Positions 49,901-54,831 of a stretch of DNA of 64,000 bases are shown in pieces (positions within the stretch are counted from its first letter, which is position 1; each line of letters begins with the position of its first letter). Source of the stretch: Clostridiales bacterium. Its GTDB lineage: Bacteria > Bacillota > Clostridia > Christensenellales > UBA1242. A program made the position numbers and the translations under genes. The DNA is taken from positions 84,225-148,224 of the forward strand of contig SVIQ01000002.1 in the NCBI GenBank assembly GCA_015069415.1, given 5' to 3'. A model generated the notes under the pieces. That model did no database searches and was not told the origin of the DNA. It saw only the letters and a list, made by a program, of their open reading frames with translations.

Positions 49901-52900
49901 TTCTAAATATACTATTCACACAAATATGACGAACTCGGCAAACGTTGCTGGATATCAAAACGTTGGAAGTTTGGTTGGATTCCTGGGACATGCTTCACAA
50001 GGAATAACTTCTCTTGAAGGAAATTTGGCAATTTCAGATGTTGAAGGTGAGATTAACGTAGGTGGTGTTGCCGGCCTTGTGATTCACTCTAAAGTTGGAA
50101 GTTATATAGCTGATAAATCTGCTTCGGCTACAATATCTTCATCGGCAGATGTAAAAGTTTGCGGTGTTGCAAACGTCGGTGGAATAGTTGGTTATATTCA
50201 AGGAAAAAATATAGAAGGGGATTATAATATTTATAAGAATCCTAACACTAATAAGTGGTTTATTCTTACAAATAAAGACGGATATGTTTATGAACTGACG
50301 GAAGACCATAAAACAGGAGCTCTGTATAAGCTGGAGAAAGGTACAGAAACATCAACTTCCGAGAATCCTGCAGGTATTAGTCCTAAATATGTATCCGCGG
50401 AACTTAATAACATTACAAATCAATATAAAAATGAGAACGATGAGACAAAAACTACAAATATAACAGTTCACGGTAAAGGAAATAGTGCTGTTCCTACAAA
50501 TATCGGAGGACTTGCTGGAGCGATTGATAATAAAATCAACTCAATTTGTGTAAGAAATAATGTTTTAACTAACATTACGATTTCTACTGATCCAGAAGGA
50601 GGAGAAGGAACAACAATTAAAACTTCTGGAACTAATAAGACTTTGAGTTCTGCAAAGAGATATGAGACAGAAAATATCACTCAAGATAATAATATTATTA
50701 CGGATATAGCATTAGATTCTATGGAAAGTGGAATCGGTGGATTCGTTGGTGCTAGATATGGTAATACATATGGAGCAGAATTCGGAAATGAAATAGGTAT
50801 TAAAGCATTAAATGTCCCATTAGGTGTAAATGTTGGAACATATTATGGCTATCATGATATAGATGGAGCAAGGAGTATTATTTATCCTACATTGAAATCT
50901 GCTGTAAATGTAGACGGAGCTTATAATATAGGAGGTTTAATTGGTTATGTTAAATCTGCAGGATCCGTAAATGAAGGAGAAGTAGTAGGTGACAGTACTA
51001 AACATTTTATAAAACAAGCAGAACACAAGATTACTCTGCAAAGTACTCTCATGGGAATGCGTGTTGGTGGATTGTTTGGTAAAGTGCATGCAAGTAATGT
51101 TTCAGGTTTAACAATTTCAAGTGCTAATACTAATAATATAGAGATTAATACAAGTAACTCGTATTACATGGGTGGACTTGTTGGAATGTGGACTTGCGAT
51201 CCTGTTACAGAAATGAAATTTAACAATGCGAAAGTTGAAGGTAAAGTTACTTCGAGTGCTACAGATGAAGTGAATTCAGCATCAGAATTTGGAGGACTTA
51301 TTGGACTTGTAAAAGTTCCAAATGCTTCAACTGGAGACAGAGTATCAGTTGAAGTAAAAGGAACCCACAATTATCCATTCACAGTTAACACAATAGAAAA
51401 TGAGAATTACGCAGATGGTCGTTCAAATTTCAATTCTTATGATTCTGAATCTCAGTTGTATTTGGTTGCAAATGCGTATTATATCAACTTAGACGAATTT
51501 TCAATTTCGCCAGGGAAACTTGTAGAGGTGTCTTATACAACAAACATTCCAGGGATCGGCGATCAAACGCGAACAAAATATGTTAATCCAATAACGGGAA
51601 CAACGGGTTGGAATACAGAATATACAGGATTTAAGCAAATTCAAAGATATATTGAACAAGACATTACATCCAAAAATACAACTGCTAAAAATACTGCGAT
51701 TTCAACAATTTACAATGCTGAGAATATTACAAAAGTTGTAAATAATAGTGATAATAAAATCAAATACACTATTTATGAAGAATCGTACGGAAATCCTTAC
51801 TTGTACTGCAAGATTGGTATTGCTTCACTTTATAAAGACGCAGAAGGAAACACAGATGTTGAACTTTCAGACATTCAAAAAGATCCTCGGCCATATATTG
51901 ATGCAGGTCATGACGATGGCACATATGTTGGGAATAATGACGTATTCGGTGATTCTAGCGTAGAATGCAACGCTGCAAACGCTAAATCTCTAAATTTACT
52001 TGATCAATATGACTGGACAAGCGAGGGTGACGAAGATTATAAAGATTATGAAGTTATCACTCAAAAAATTGTAGATGTATCAACTGGTGGTTTCGGATTG
52101 TATTATAATAAAGATGGAGAACTGACAGATGCTCCAGGCGAAGAAGATTATCCATATGCTATTGGAATGATTTATGGAGTAGAAGGTTATCTAGGTTCAG
52201 ACAAAACAACATATTTTTCATTTGGAATTGTTTATTCAGAAAATGATCAAGCAACAGTGCAAAATGGTTCAATCTTTAATGTTTCTGGTGTGCAAGGACA
52301 ACATGAAAAAGCTGAAGACGCAACAGACGGAAGTAAAGTTGGTTGGTGGATTGCTGGCATTGCCGTAGGTTTAGGTGTAGTTGCTCTATGTATATTCTGC
52401 CCTGCCGCAATTGGATGGGTTGCAGGAGCGGTACAGCACCTTTCGGGGCCGGTATTGTTGTCATTAAAAGCAAAAATTATAATTGGAGCTTCGTCGGTAA
52501 TCGCTTCTGCAATTTGTGGATTTGGTCTTTATGATGAATTAACAAAAACGACAGGTAAACAATATATGAATGAGTCATTCTTTGAAGTAAAAGATCAAAA
52601 CTTTGGTTACTTGACTTCTGGGACAACTAGAATTATTGCAGACAGATCTAACACTTATGAATTTAGATCAGATTTAACTATTTATGAGATATTTTCCGCA
52701 ACTGAGGGTGCAGGAGTGGATTTAGATGGAGATGATATTAAAGCAGAAGGAACTGTTAACCTTCCATTGTCATATTATTTTTATTCATTTAATAAGCCAT
52801 CGGATTTGTATGAAAAATCATATGTAACCATAAATGCCGTAGAAGGCGTGGATAATCCAATTAGTTATTCAGCTACAGGAGAAGAAAACTTTACGTCTCA

Positions 52901-54269
52901 TGCTAATCATACAGTTAAGACTTATGTTTATAGAAATGGAGCGTATTACAGATATTCTATGGCCAATGATATATCATTTAGAAATGCTCAACTTCTCACA
53001 ATGGATGCAACTGTTTACACTCCAGCACAAAAAATTATGTTAAGTGAAGATGATAACAGTCCTGCTGGGCATTATGTTTACGCAGATCCAACTACAACAG
53101 GAGAGGAAAATAAAAATATAGACTTTACTCGAGATGTAGAGCAAACTTTCTACAAAGTTAATTCTCAGCCAGAAGGTGTACAAGGCTACGATTGGATTCA
53201 AATTTACTTTACAGCAAACGGAAACAGAGATAAAGGTGCTAAAATTGTTGGTAAATTTGAGTACTGCGAAACTCAACCGGCTGGAATAAGCGGAGTAGAC
53301 TACATAACCTTTACTGACGATGATAATAACAATACGTATTATCAATTTAAAGAAATTGACAATGGTGATAACGTAGGAAAGGATTACTATCAATCATATA
53401 ATCCTTCAGATGATGAAACAACGCTTTATATTAATATGTATCCTAAAGTTACTAATGATAAAGCTGATGCTACAAATCCGTATGAAGGGACTTCGGCATC
53501 ATATTACTTCGCAAACGTTCTTAATACTAACGAAGTTCCTGCTGATGCTTTAAGATTTACTCAATCTGCTACATATTGGTATTACAATGCTGGATATATT
53601 ACTGGACAATACACTCAAACGTCTTCAGATGGAAGTAGTACAAATGTAAATGTGCCATTTGTTCGTTCAAATAATTTAAAACCTATTTTATATAATGAAA
53701 GTGGGGATCTCATTGATTGGGATTCAGAGGCTTACAAAAATAAAAATATTTTCAATATCTCACTTGACAGTGTTTACATTTCAGATCCAAGTAATCTAGG
53801 AAACGATGAAAAAGCTCAAATAAAAGCATCTGTGAGATTTAAAATTGATAATGGTAAACTTTATGAGTATACGCCTTTGTCTCAATATAATCTTAAAGAC
53901 TTTGGAGAAGGTAAAACAATTCTTCAAGAATTCTTCTCAAACACGTTCATACCTGACTCTTCAGAGATACACAATCTTTATAAAAACGAAGGAGGAGCTT
54001 GGTCTAGATATAAATATAATACGGATGAGGATGGTGAAACAATCAATATAAATGAGCAAACTTGGGAGGATGGCGCTTATAAATTTGGTATTAACACAGA
54101 CTTTAATGAAACAATTTTTGTTGAATCTATAAAAGTTACGCTTACTGGAAACAATTTAAAGCATTTGTATGGTAAATTTGTTGATGTTAAAGATGAAGCT
54201 GGAAATGTTATAAGCAAAAAACTGGTTGAAACCTCGGATGTTAAACCAGGATCAATTACCATTAGTTAG
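34917..54269 (+). CDS. giant lipoprotein (6450 aa) with Ig-like stalks, multiple GLUG/beta-helix modules and an internal hydrophobic hairpin
   Basis: Uninterrupted 19.35-kb ORF; lipobox FSAC; dozens of [VI]GG[LI][VIA]G repeats; hydrophobic segment at about aa 5808-5872. Confidence 0.88.
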   Translation: MKKKITSLLTFVLVALSCLCFSACGNKYKKMEYKIMYAFSADAEEWFEVGKDNSLVLNYNGKDDSLVVDENGGEIFFKVQIKGVKKKHLGEIRISATASMGLGFSGATIKNNGVFSVKVEDPESVVSSTLRFYETKSNKARNVNLEVYPSVETLTADLTVVKGFDKNISLDLSTLNNIAFYPAGTNQKELVYSVDSLGKFVGGNYDENKGISSASLQNLILIDDSNLSLNNYVPTSDSYVAKVIAESKFDTSIKTEFYVYLVDDFIDDDFDVDGGFENDNRVDLKYNETNVLIDNSIDNSIDLYTGGKYASTVVTLNKPTTIYSPTTIYSNGLVLHNGVTAKYNWNVYVDGDKYIFDNSTQRGLLITKEGEDSFRITCVESGKTPSTIKFVYAIDDLNYESTSAKEITVNKRSLPSTLRINGENVETSATGIVYSTGSTSYSGLKLKLDLSPIYKNKDGETVGNYNVVIDSTDDLKLSYTNVGEWVNANGQVISTGKSIYLNLESKNSETFNLKYVISPSEFNGKKVDVEYGTVVYTLIKKITADSFAVTDGDKNTLVDNKTLYVAKGKTTNFTLDVYHTGELSRDTIKVSSNNANVKFSNGLTAITLDKWKDSEVTPIEGGSRFTIPVTAENLSDEAVITVEAGVGVNVKTQFNVKVVDATNDELPAVGLDAFTNVKDLTNNIQDKKTEGAKYLAVKYSQTASGRFGVNLDSATNIIKSVTLGSSDLYKEQISANQVSLKTDLTGSDTVVLTVYYYYFNSTNNVVEVKSQTQEIQLAIYSSVDAISLSTNKQNLTYVNSKFTELSTAVITFDAVGDGNKTPTSEIAFEDTSKFSTSLTLKVDCGKINKVSDLTISKGTFDAVLAGEIKDGNTFTIKVIGSMFGEEVASGQINLNYVNYIKMSNIVLDGVLDRYDDDEKISGVEKNVEDGFDIQVFSYDISLMDILTGNKTSDSYIIGVTTEYETENLLKANEDLKFEIYSVVDSNGEESLGGIITKDVEFNDGKIKINVTSSTEGGRFVLKLSALDSFDDEKNKFTKVRYIVVNISDGEKLPFFVHDKDEFNAISGALDKKFKIVNDIDLVGFSTISGEFTGELTAGNNYLVKVEFTGSASRNVGSVQDAYVGLFEENAGVISGFTISAKFALSNSTDSTSSYNSIYAGAVAGKNSGTIKDVTVRVEVDSDADKIIKLENSKTLYFGGVAGENLGHIISSRNESLVIFSEALTLNSSAESAKIGLVTGKNSNLIEGNYLGIETFNKASFISNVVANLNVVNAHSNATINFGGVAGENTGAIRNMILGGSISVANVTNASAGGNIAGIVGENSGTVQTSAVFTLNITSSCSGVNAYASGLVGTSKNGTLTDLRVIATKGSSNFTGKISGTNVAGAVANSDNDTISQISIQSFINEDLLDGTNVYGLVNGTTSTISNSFIVGNLKGSSIVLTTNSTNEETTYFIGSVNGSINHDYKNYTYAILKDDESFKFVVDGEEKENSDLTGDNWDDKVKGISAKFSSSISDPWRLTEGYNTLLGNSTYYFPYLVTGNEQPQMIIQPTSIELDLVTGETYIYVLNNDETVEIEISENETVPVTDIAVVNYQTKGNNSHKIVKEDGEDGLVTLRVIPEEAQSSVDYEIVSGDNAYIYNGKITFTKASESPLIVKVYSLFNRDCFEYVAFYSVPGANEFYMNKSEVTTYVGNSSPIDLYAVVENSGETIYDIKDVENKLELRVTKVESDEKIYNRIGQEFINSEDANDKLKLTINDSRYNKISVTAGEEKGSYELTIKLIYKITISGTPFETVVGETTVVVNVTEIATDLSILNASSVGGEIDTNIAFVVDLKTNFVSDDQNHDELSTQYYYIEGNAVVPKYDEGVNKDTIKLFFEKGENVESWNYLVNWASKFGKEIYQLFDYSFVSVKTADGYRYNVEMSLKDEYLTYKDNDNNTLVKFIEEEISFNLKVEAYSNAFKSSKLGIKLTPSTINSVRMENYAVDFSNANSVYTTLFTSSKADTYIITPGGKGGIIIINLDPFHADIDNLTLTSSVVNTVNGPVRVQFEQVVKTDDGKYVSYSPVASSTAIENGIKLTRVSNEDGSYDGKIYIHTMLTSYFGSQDDYTITLGYEDKFGVQHSKPLNLTSTFIPGISLSFDNDYRVNGIDEEVGEYLVQKNSTDNTLKLKLYGYQLNSRPSFEFGWVDPRTEGENVGNYVTVFVGEDAVPNLDGSYTVNCTMVVRDDIPASFKVSAELSVTDINLGILTSETSEIIFHPTDYIVEGIYVKDLANNTLNIAHQSSKAVELKFETNSANSDLSDKLNTELYYYLNEKRIDLRHIFEFDSKTIYEDRDNDFFSAVSETIELVKDTTYIPTINIYGRETLKKTIHGSIWVGYKVDNHEYKFEFCSEDDKNVYYKKEIPISFELNIYPASTEEKAIPIYDEAGFKDMRAGVDYILMKDITLTNFTPITNQISSLDGNNKIIKITNFAIHNDGLNFGLFKSIGEIEDTEQSTDSKTVYKKTILKNVTVDYSAFEGLALQTVEDAESVNFGGLVVDNNGGIIYNCEVINSSLGEDNGNINILLPEIEGLEVNVAGLVVNNNGNITNSRVGTDKFTRISVSNGIVRKSISSNGSLSFKASGIDENSLIHNSHSANMSGFVVNNLNNGLITTSYAQNIEILNESKSESRSAGFAVENLGEISQSFVRGSSKEVTSTTNETLLETKNGKVESQNGNSAGFVYYNSGYISDAFANITLETESKALSGFVFEHDGGKISNSYSACAKVVNEIEDDKLRKVNERPFVGIGDDHEVLISNGAIIENCYYLLKTGEMELANEPAKGLNVDNFTNSDNLEGFTFVLSNSLEDRKNGVWSNYTPEGYYRALPELVSANTIALTYRYATENENEYLYASGYGLGTENNPYIIRNLNEYNDVFVQNRDGALENWAPTGESGYIRFVSDIDFTGEAVKTRARYTLGDKDKTYIDGNGMTLKGIKFDVGEINETSVGLFAEIKNTTIKNLNIELDSHSSNKENTTSTSSVTYVGGLAGKIDNSIIININLDGNGSTLLGKEYVGGIAGEITGGSQLYAISTKLNAQGGDPTASNVGGVAGRINLTSRSNSKSLYSLSHITVAGSKLKGGYVGGIAGRVEAEGNNIVKAYRLRYDVLDTSKLEGASAVGGLFGVFSGELKASQVTAVETTQYEYDKAMANYVLNGKLEKAGNLTLIKGSSFSGGLIGVGVDTSVYASYAKVGFDPESTGVLGGVYGLSIGSKIAFSYAVPYVNTENEVIAGGLIGLAYKNKTLAESSSYKEVQAFVASMKESGNTYDSLEFTFSTLIYDTTKKHANSQYNVLMNEGNDIEKQNTKVAGRYPDDISNFDATHSALLSDLVNITTPEASTKQKDTFDNMFKGWSSVEYWSLNNLKIYPTLERDEAINYYIIDDISDFHVMINNPSKNYMIVKDINMSTWQLESKSNYIFNCDFTGTLVGKLNNGGAPLLSGLKLECGNSGDAGLFKKTAGAEISNIKFEWDGVTNKAAITTTTKNLELEYIGLVSCEDSGSMFSGLTVSVKAKTGEDALFIDNTANTTQTIQGFGGIVGRASGSEIYSSSVTGNVIAKITEFGGIVAKADALIIKDANNENLSQSTRIQDCSVNGTHTLTTNGESSFGGIVGASQNTTISTSDFVNGCKIVATLESVANIGGIAGNLDQGSYIASCDSYGEIVISIGAKNVNLYLGGIAGTSNGQISNSSANATFTTVIDEEDNISTPAVNINTLAVGGVVGQLASSGYEDIFNVLSYGEIDFSSGNYTTVYAGGIAGFATSEVSIANSMNLTDVKAKASSNLYMGGIIGTAGTDVENGDQSLTISNVASTGRIVPTIESDNAKLYVGGLAGFVKDDFNVTNSYTLSSIIASDVDGSVLAKNKEAERINAVLGNGSISSTSTNVYYSSDYALVEECKDVDNDGLKNYTAYNLVRGSLFDSFVADSNEGFVFADGKDSTTKVPYVKSIASLLVNAKLLDSNDNEYIKDGTAYNPKLIQTNNSEHSFDGSYTYYILAISQNDNVYALPEFDGDLNGILIGQDVEYSVSQAPNIKISEDSAISNIHVRGSGTAVPLVSENKGVVSNCSVMGHFTGLQSSDENDKDKGKGALVTNNYGLVEYCYSTAELVVAENETYSLSGLVYEQNQGSKIFSSFFTGYIEGTGAGIAGSNPNSVSNYIYNCYSAGVVTTTSSNSFAGFTLSGDTGSNNYLDKWAKFEEITGTGLPLSTIETKDLMKATNLKGRWHTALTDSGYNTKAGLFGKNYNYPVYNLNKVNVDKDAELQDFLRLEDTGNGACADDTLSRTYENLLGANYNKAFKIPHIGVLDTISCLMKDKANINFGNYNFVLIYDIIANDNSAKRVELDKDEKITKNNLVNFTNGLIISNKYLGYNDATNSTNHCEISGLNTHGLFREFTGSSIYDIKIGDAYSLKDTGVIGASSSESGNSNVENVTLLNLAITSNGDSSNTGVLFGNVDGTLNVTNIKNEAGKTTTVTGGNKTNIGLIAGSSNGKINIKDIDVSLVLKGSEVAGGLVGVATNSTIKIETVTSTAIIATAEGTKTNKVNVEFDGCTLAGGLVGELNNSTVDGSSLKLKLDFFGNAETLGGIAGKSVENSSISNIIATTSKVCNVTNFGGIVAIVENEKTNESKLTVSSVEITISHVEQNQTQGVVTLSGTQGGGSEGGETVEYGVILAENGVAGALAGLVKGNISASRLTIKNVGNASEFVVQQKRKNEKTSLGVGIFAGVLESGNIEVKTGSTINVKMRAQFSKNIGGVVGAYKTGQILVENGVIYNVSMETAGENIGGVFGLVDEKYFETKVTAETFGTLKDSLYTKNDDVYEKVDSENATYNEDTIYYAFSGLLIDDVFGKMIQNGTVVEEYPYKNFFSTKVGSSDADINLIGNVENVGGLIGCMKGDFGALDDKGLIDNKNKITKGDANSIINVGGVAGLYAVNIGTTGLKNSAEIVLKENSLNVGGIFGHLESSKYTIHTNMTNSANVAGYQNVGSLVGFLGHASQGITSLEGNLAISDVEGEINVGGVAGLVIHSKVGSYIADKSASATISSSADVKVCGVANVGGIVGYIQGKNIEGDYNIYKNPNTNKWFILTNKDGYVYELTEDHKTGALYKLEKGTETSTSENPAGISPKYVSAELNNITNQYKNENDETKTTNITVHGKGNSAVPTNIGGLAGAIDNKINSICVRNNVLTNITISTDPEGGEGTTIKTSGTNKTLSSAKRYETENITQDNNIITDIALDSMESGIGGFVGARYGNTYGAEFGNEIGIKALNVPLGVNVGTYYGYHDIDGARSIIYPTLKSAVNVDGAYNIGGLIGYVKSAGSVNEGEVVGDSTKHFIKQAEHKITLQSTLMGMRVGGLFGKVHASNVSGLTISSANTNNIEINTSNSYYMGGLVGMWTCDPVTEMKFNNAKVEGKVTSSATDEVNSASEFGGLIGLVKVPNASTGDRVSVEVKGTHNYPFTVNTIENENYADGRSNFNSYDSESQLYLVANAYYINLDEFSISPGKLVEVSYTTNIPGIGDQTRTKYVNPITGTTGWNTEYTGFKQIQRYIEQDITSKNTTAKNTAISTIYNAENITKVVNNSDNKIKYTIYEESYGNPYLYCKIGIASLYKDAEGNTDVELSDIQKDPRPYIDAGHDDGTYVGNNDVFGDSSVECNAANAKSLNLLDQYDWTSEGDEDYKDYEVITQKIVDVSTGGFGLYYNKDGELTDAPGEEDYPYAIGMIYGVEGYLGSDKTTYFSFGIVYSENDQATVQNGSIFNVSGVQGQHEKAEDATDGSKVGWWIAGIAVGLGVVALCIFCPAAIGWVAGAVQHLSGPVLLSLKAKIIIGASSVIASAICGFGLYDELTKTTGKQYMNESFFEVKDQNFGYLTSGTTRIIADRSNTYEFRSDLTIYEIFSATEGAGVDLDGDDIKAEGTVNLPLSYYFYSFNKPSDLYEKSYVTINAVEGVDNPISYSATGEENFTSHANHTVKTYVYRNGAYYRYSMANDISFRNAQLLTMDATVYTPAQKIMLSEDDNSPAGHYVYADPTTTGEENKNIDFTRDVEQTFYKVNSQPEGVQGYDWIQIYFTANGNRDKGAKIVGKFEYCETQPAGISGVDYITFTDDDNNNTYYQFKEIDNGDNVGKDYYQSYNPSDDETTLYINMYPKVTNDKADATNPYEGTSASYYFANVLNTNEVPADALRFTQSATYWYYNAGYITGQYTQTSSDGSSTNVNVPFVRSNNLKPILYNESGDLIDWDSEAYKNKNIFNISLDSVYISDPSNLGNDEKAQIKASVRFKIDNGKLYEYTPLSQYNLKDFGEGKTILQEFFSNTFIPDSSEIHNLYKNEGGAWSRYKYNTDEDGETININEQTWEDGAYKFGINTDFNETIFVESIKVTLTGNNLKHLYGKFVDVKDEAGNVISKKLVETSDVKPGSITIS
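35792..35822 (+). repeat. 12-bp in-frame tandem duplication (IDNS-IDNS-ID)
   Basis: AATTGATAATTC x2 plus partial third copy. Confidence 0.9.
35871..35906 (+). repeat. 18-bp perfect in-frame tandem duplication (PTTIYS-PTTIYS)
   Basis: CCTACAACTATTTATTCA x2. Confidence 0.92.
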
Positions 54270-54444
54270 AAAACTTTGTTTGGATTTGTAAAAAGTTTTT
54301 AAAAAATTAAATAAATCTTAACTTAAGAATTTTGAAAGAATTTAAAAAAGTTTATTAAATTAATTTGACAAAATGTTTCGAAATAATTTATTATACTTGC
54401 AAGGTGGCGGTTAATTTAATTAAGGGGTCCACGATTTAGTGGCG

Positions 54445-54473
54445 AAAAGCACTGAGAATACTCAGTGCTTTTT
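54445..54473. terminator. strong hairpin terminator
   Basis: AAAAGCACTGAG-AATA-CTCAGTGCTTTTT, 12-bp perfect stem. Confidence 0.85.
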
Positions 54474-54600
54474 CGTTTTGTGGAAAGTCTAGATGGTCAT
54501 TTAAGAATTGCAAATTTTAGCAGTTGGGGAAATAATTATTCTGCTAATAGAAGTTAAATAATTTTTCAATAAAAAAATTTAAATATTTTTTAAAAAACGT

Positions 54601-54630
54601 TTGACTATTTATGTCGAAATACATTACAAT
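54601..54630 (+). promoter_or_regulatory. sigmaA-like promoter of TasA-like gene containing a Spo0A-box match
   Basis: TTGACT-18 nt-TACAAT; TGTCGAA (TGNCGAA) at 54612-54618 in the spacer. Confidence 0.5.
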
Positions 54631-54831
54631 TTGAGTATAAGCATTCGATAGTCGATGAAGAGTGCTAAAGAGAGAAAACTCTTCAAACAATTTTTCTTGA
54701 ATTTTGTAAATATTTGATTTTAAAGCATGTCGATCAATGTTTAAAGTTTTAAGTTTACAAATTCTGTTATTGTCCTTTATGGACAAACTTAAAGGTCCTT
54801 TATGGGACAATAAAAAAACAAGGGGGATTAA

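Noticed and set aside
25509-51370. Long antisense ORFs inside the giant genes (e.g. 25509-26003, 45266-45586, 48209-48895)
   Set aside because: Pro/Thr/Phe-rich mirror translations of Gly-rich GLUG repeats, without SDs.
34917-54269. ZmpB/IgA1 (M26) metalloprotease call for the GLUG proteins
   Set aside because: GLUG-like repeats are present, but I found no HExxH motif in either giant protein.
54544-54810. 88-aa minus-strand ORF
   Set aside because: Overlaps the promoter and structured leader of the TasA-like gene, with no SD or recognisable motif.
17724-54826. AGGGG-type SD as a locus-specific translation signal
   Set aside because: The same variant precedes secE and the CYTH-like gene, so it is not specific to the locus.
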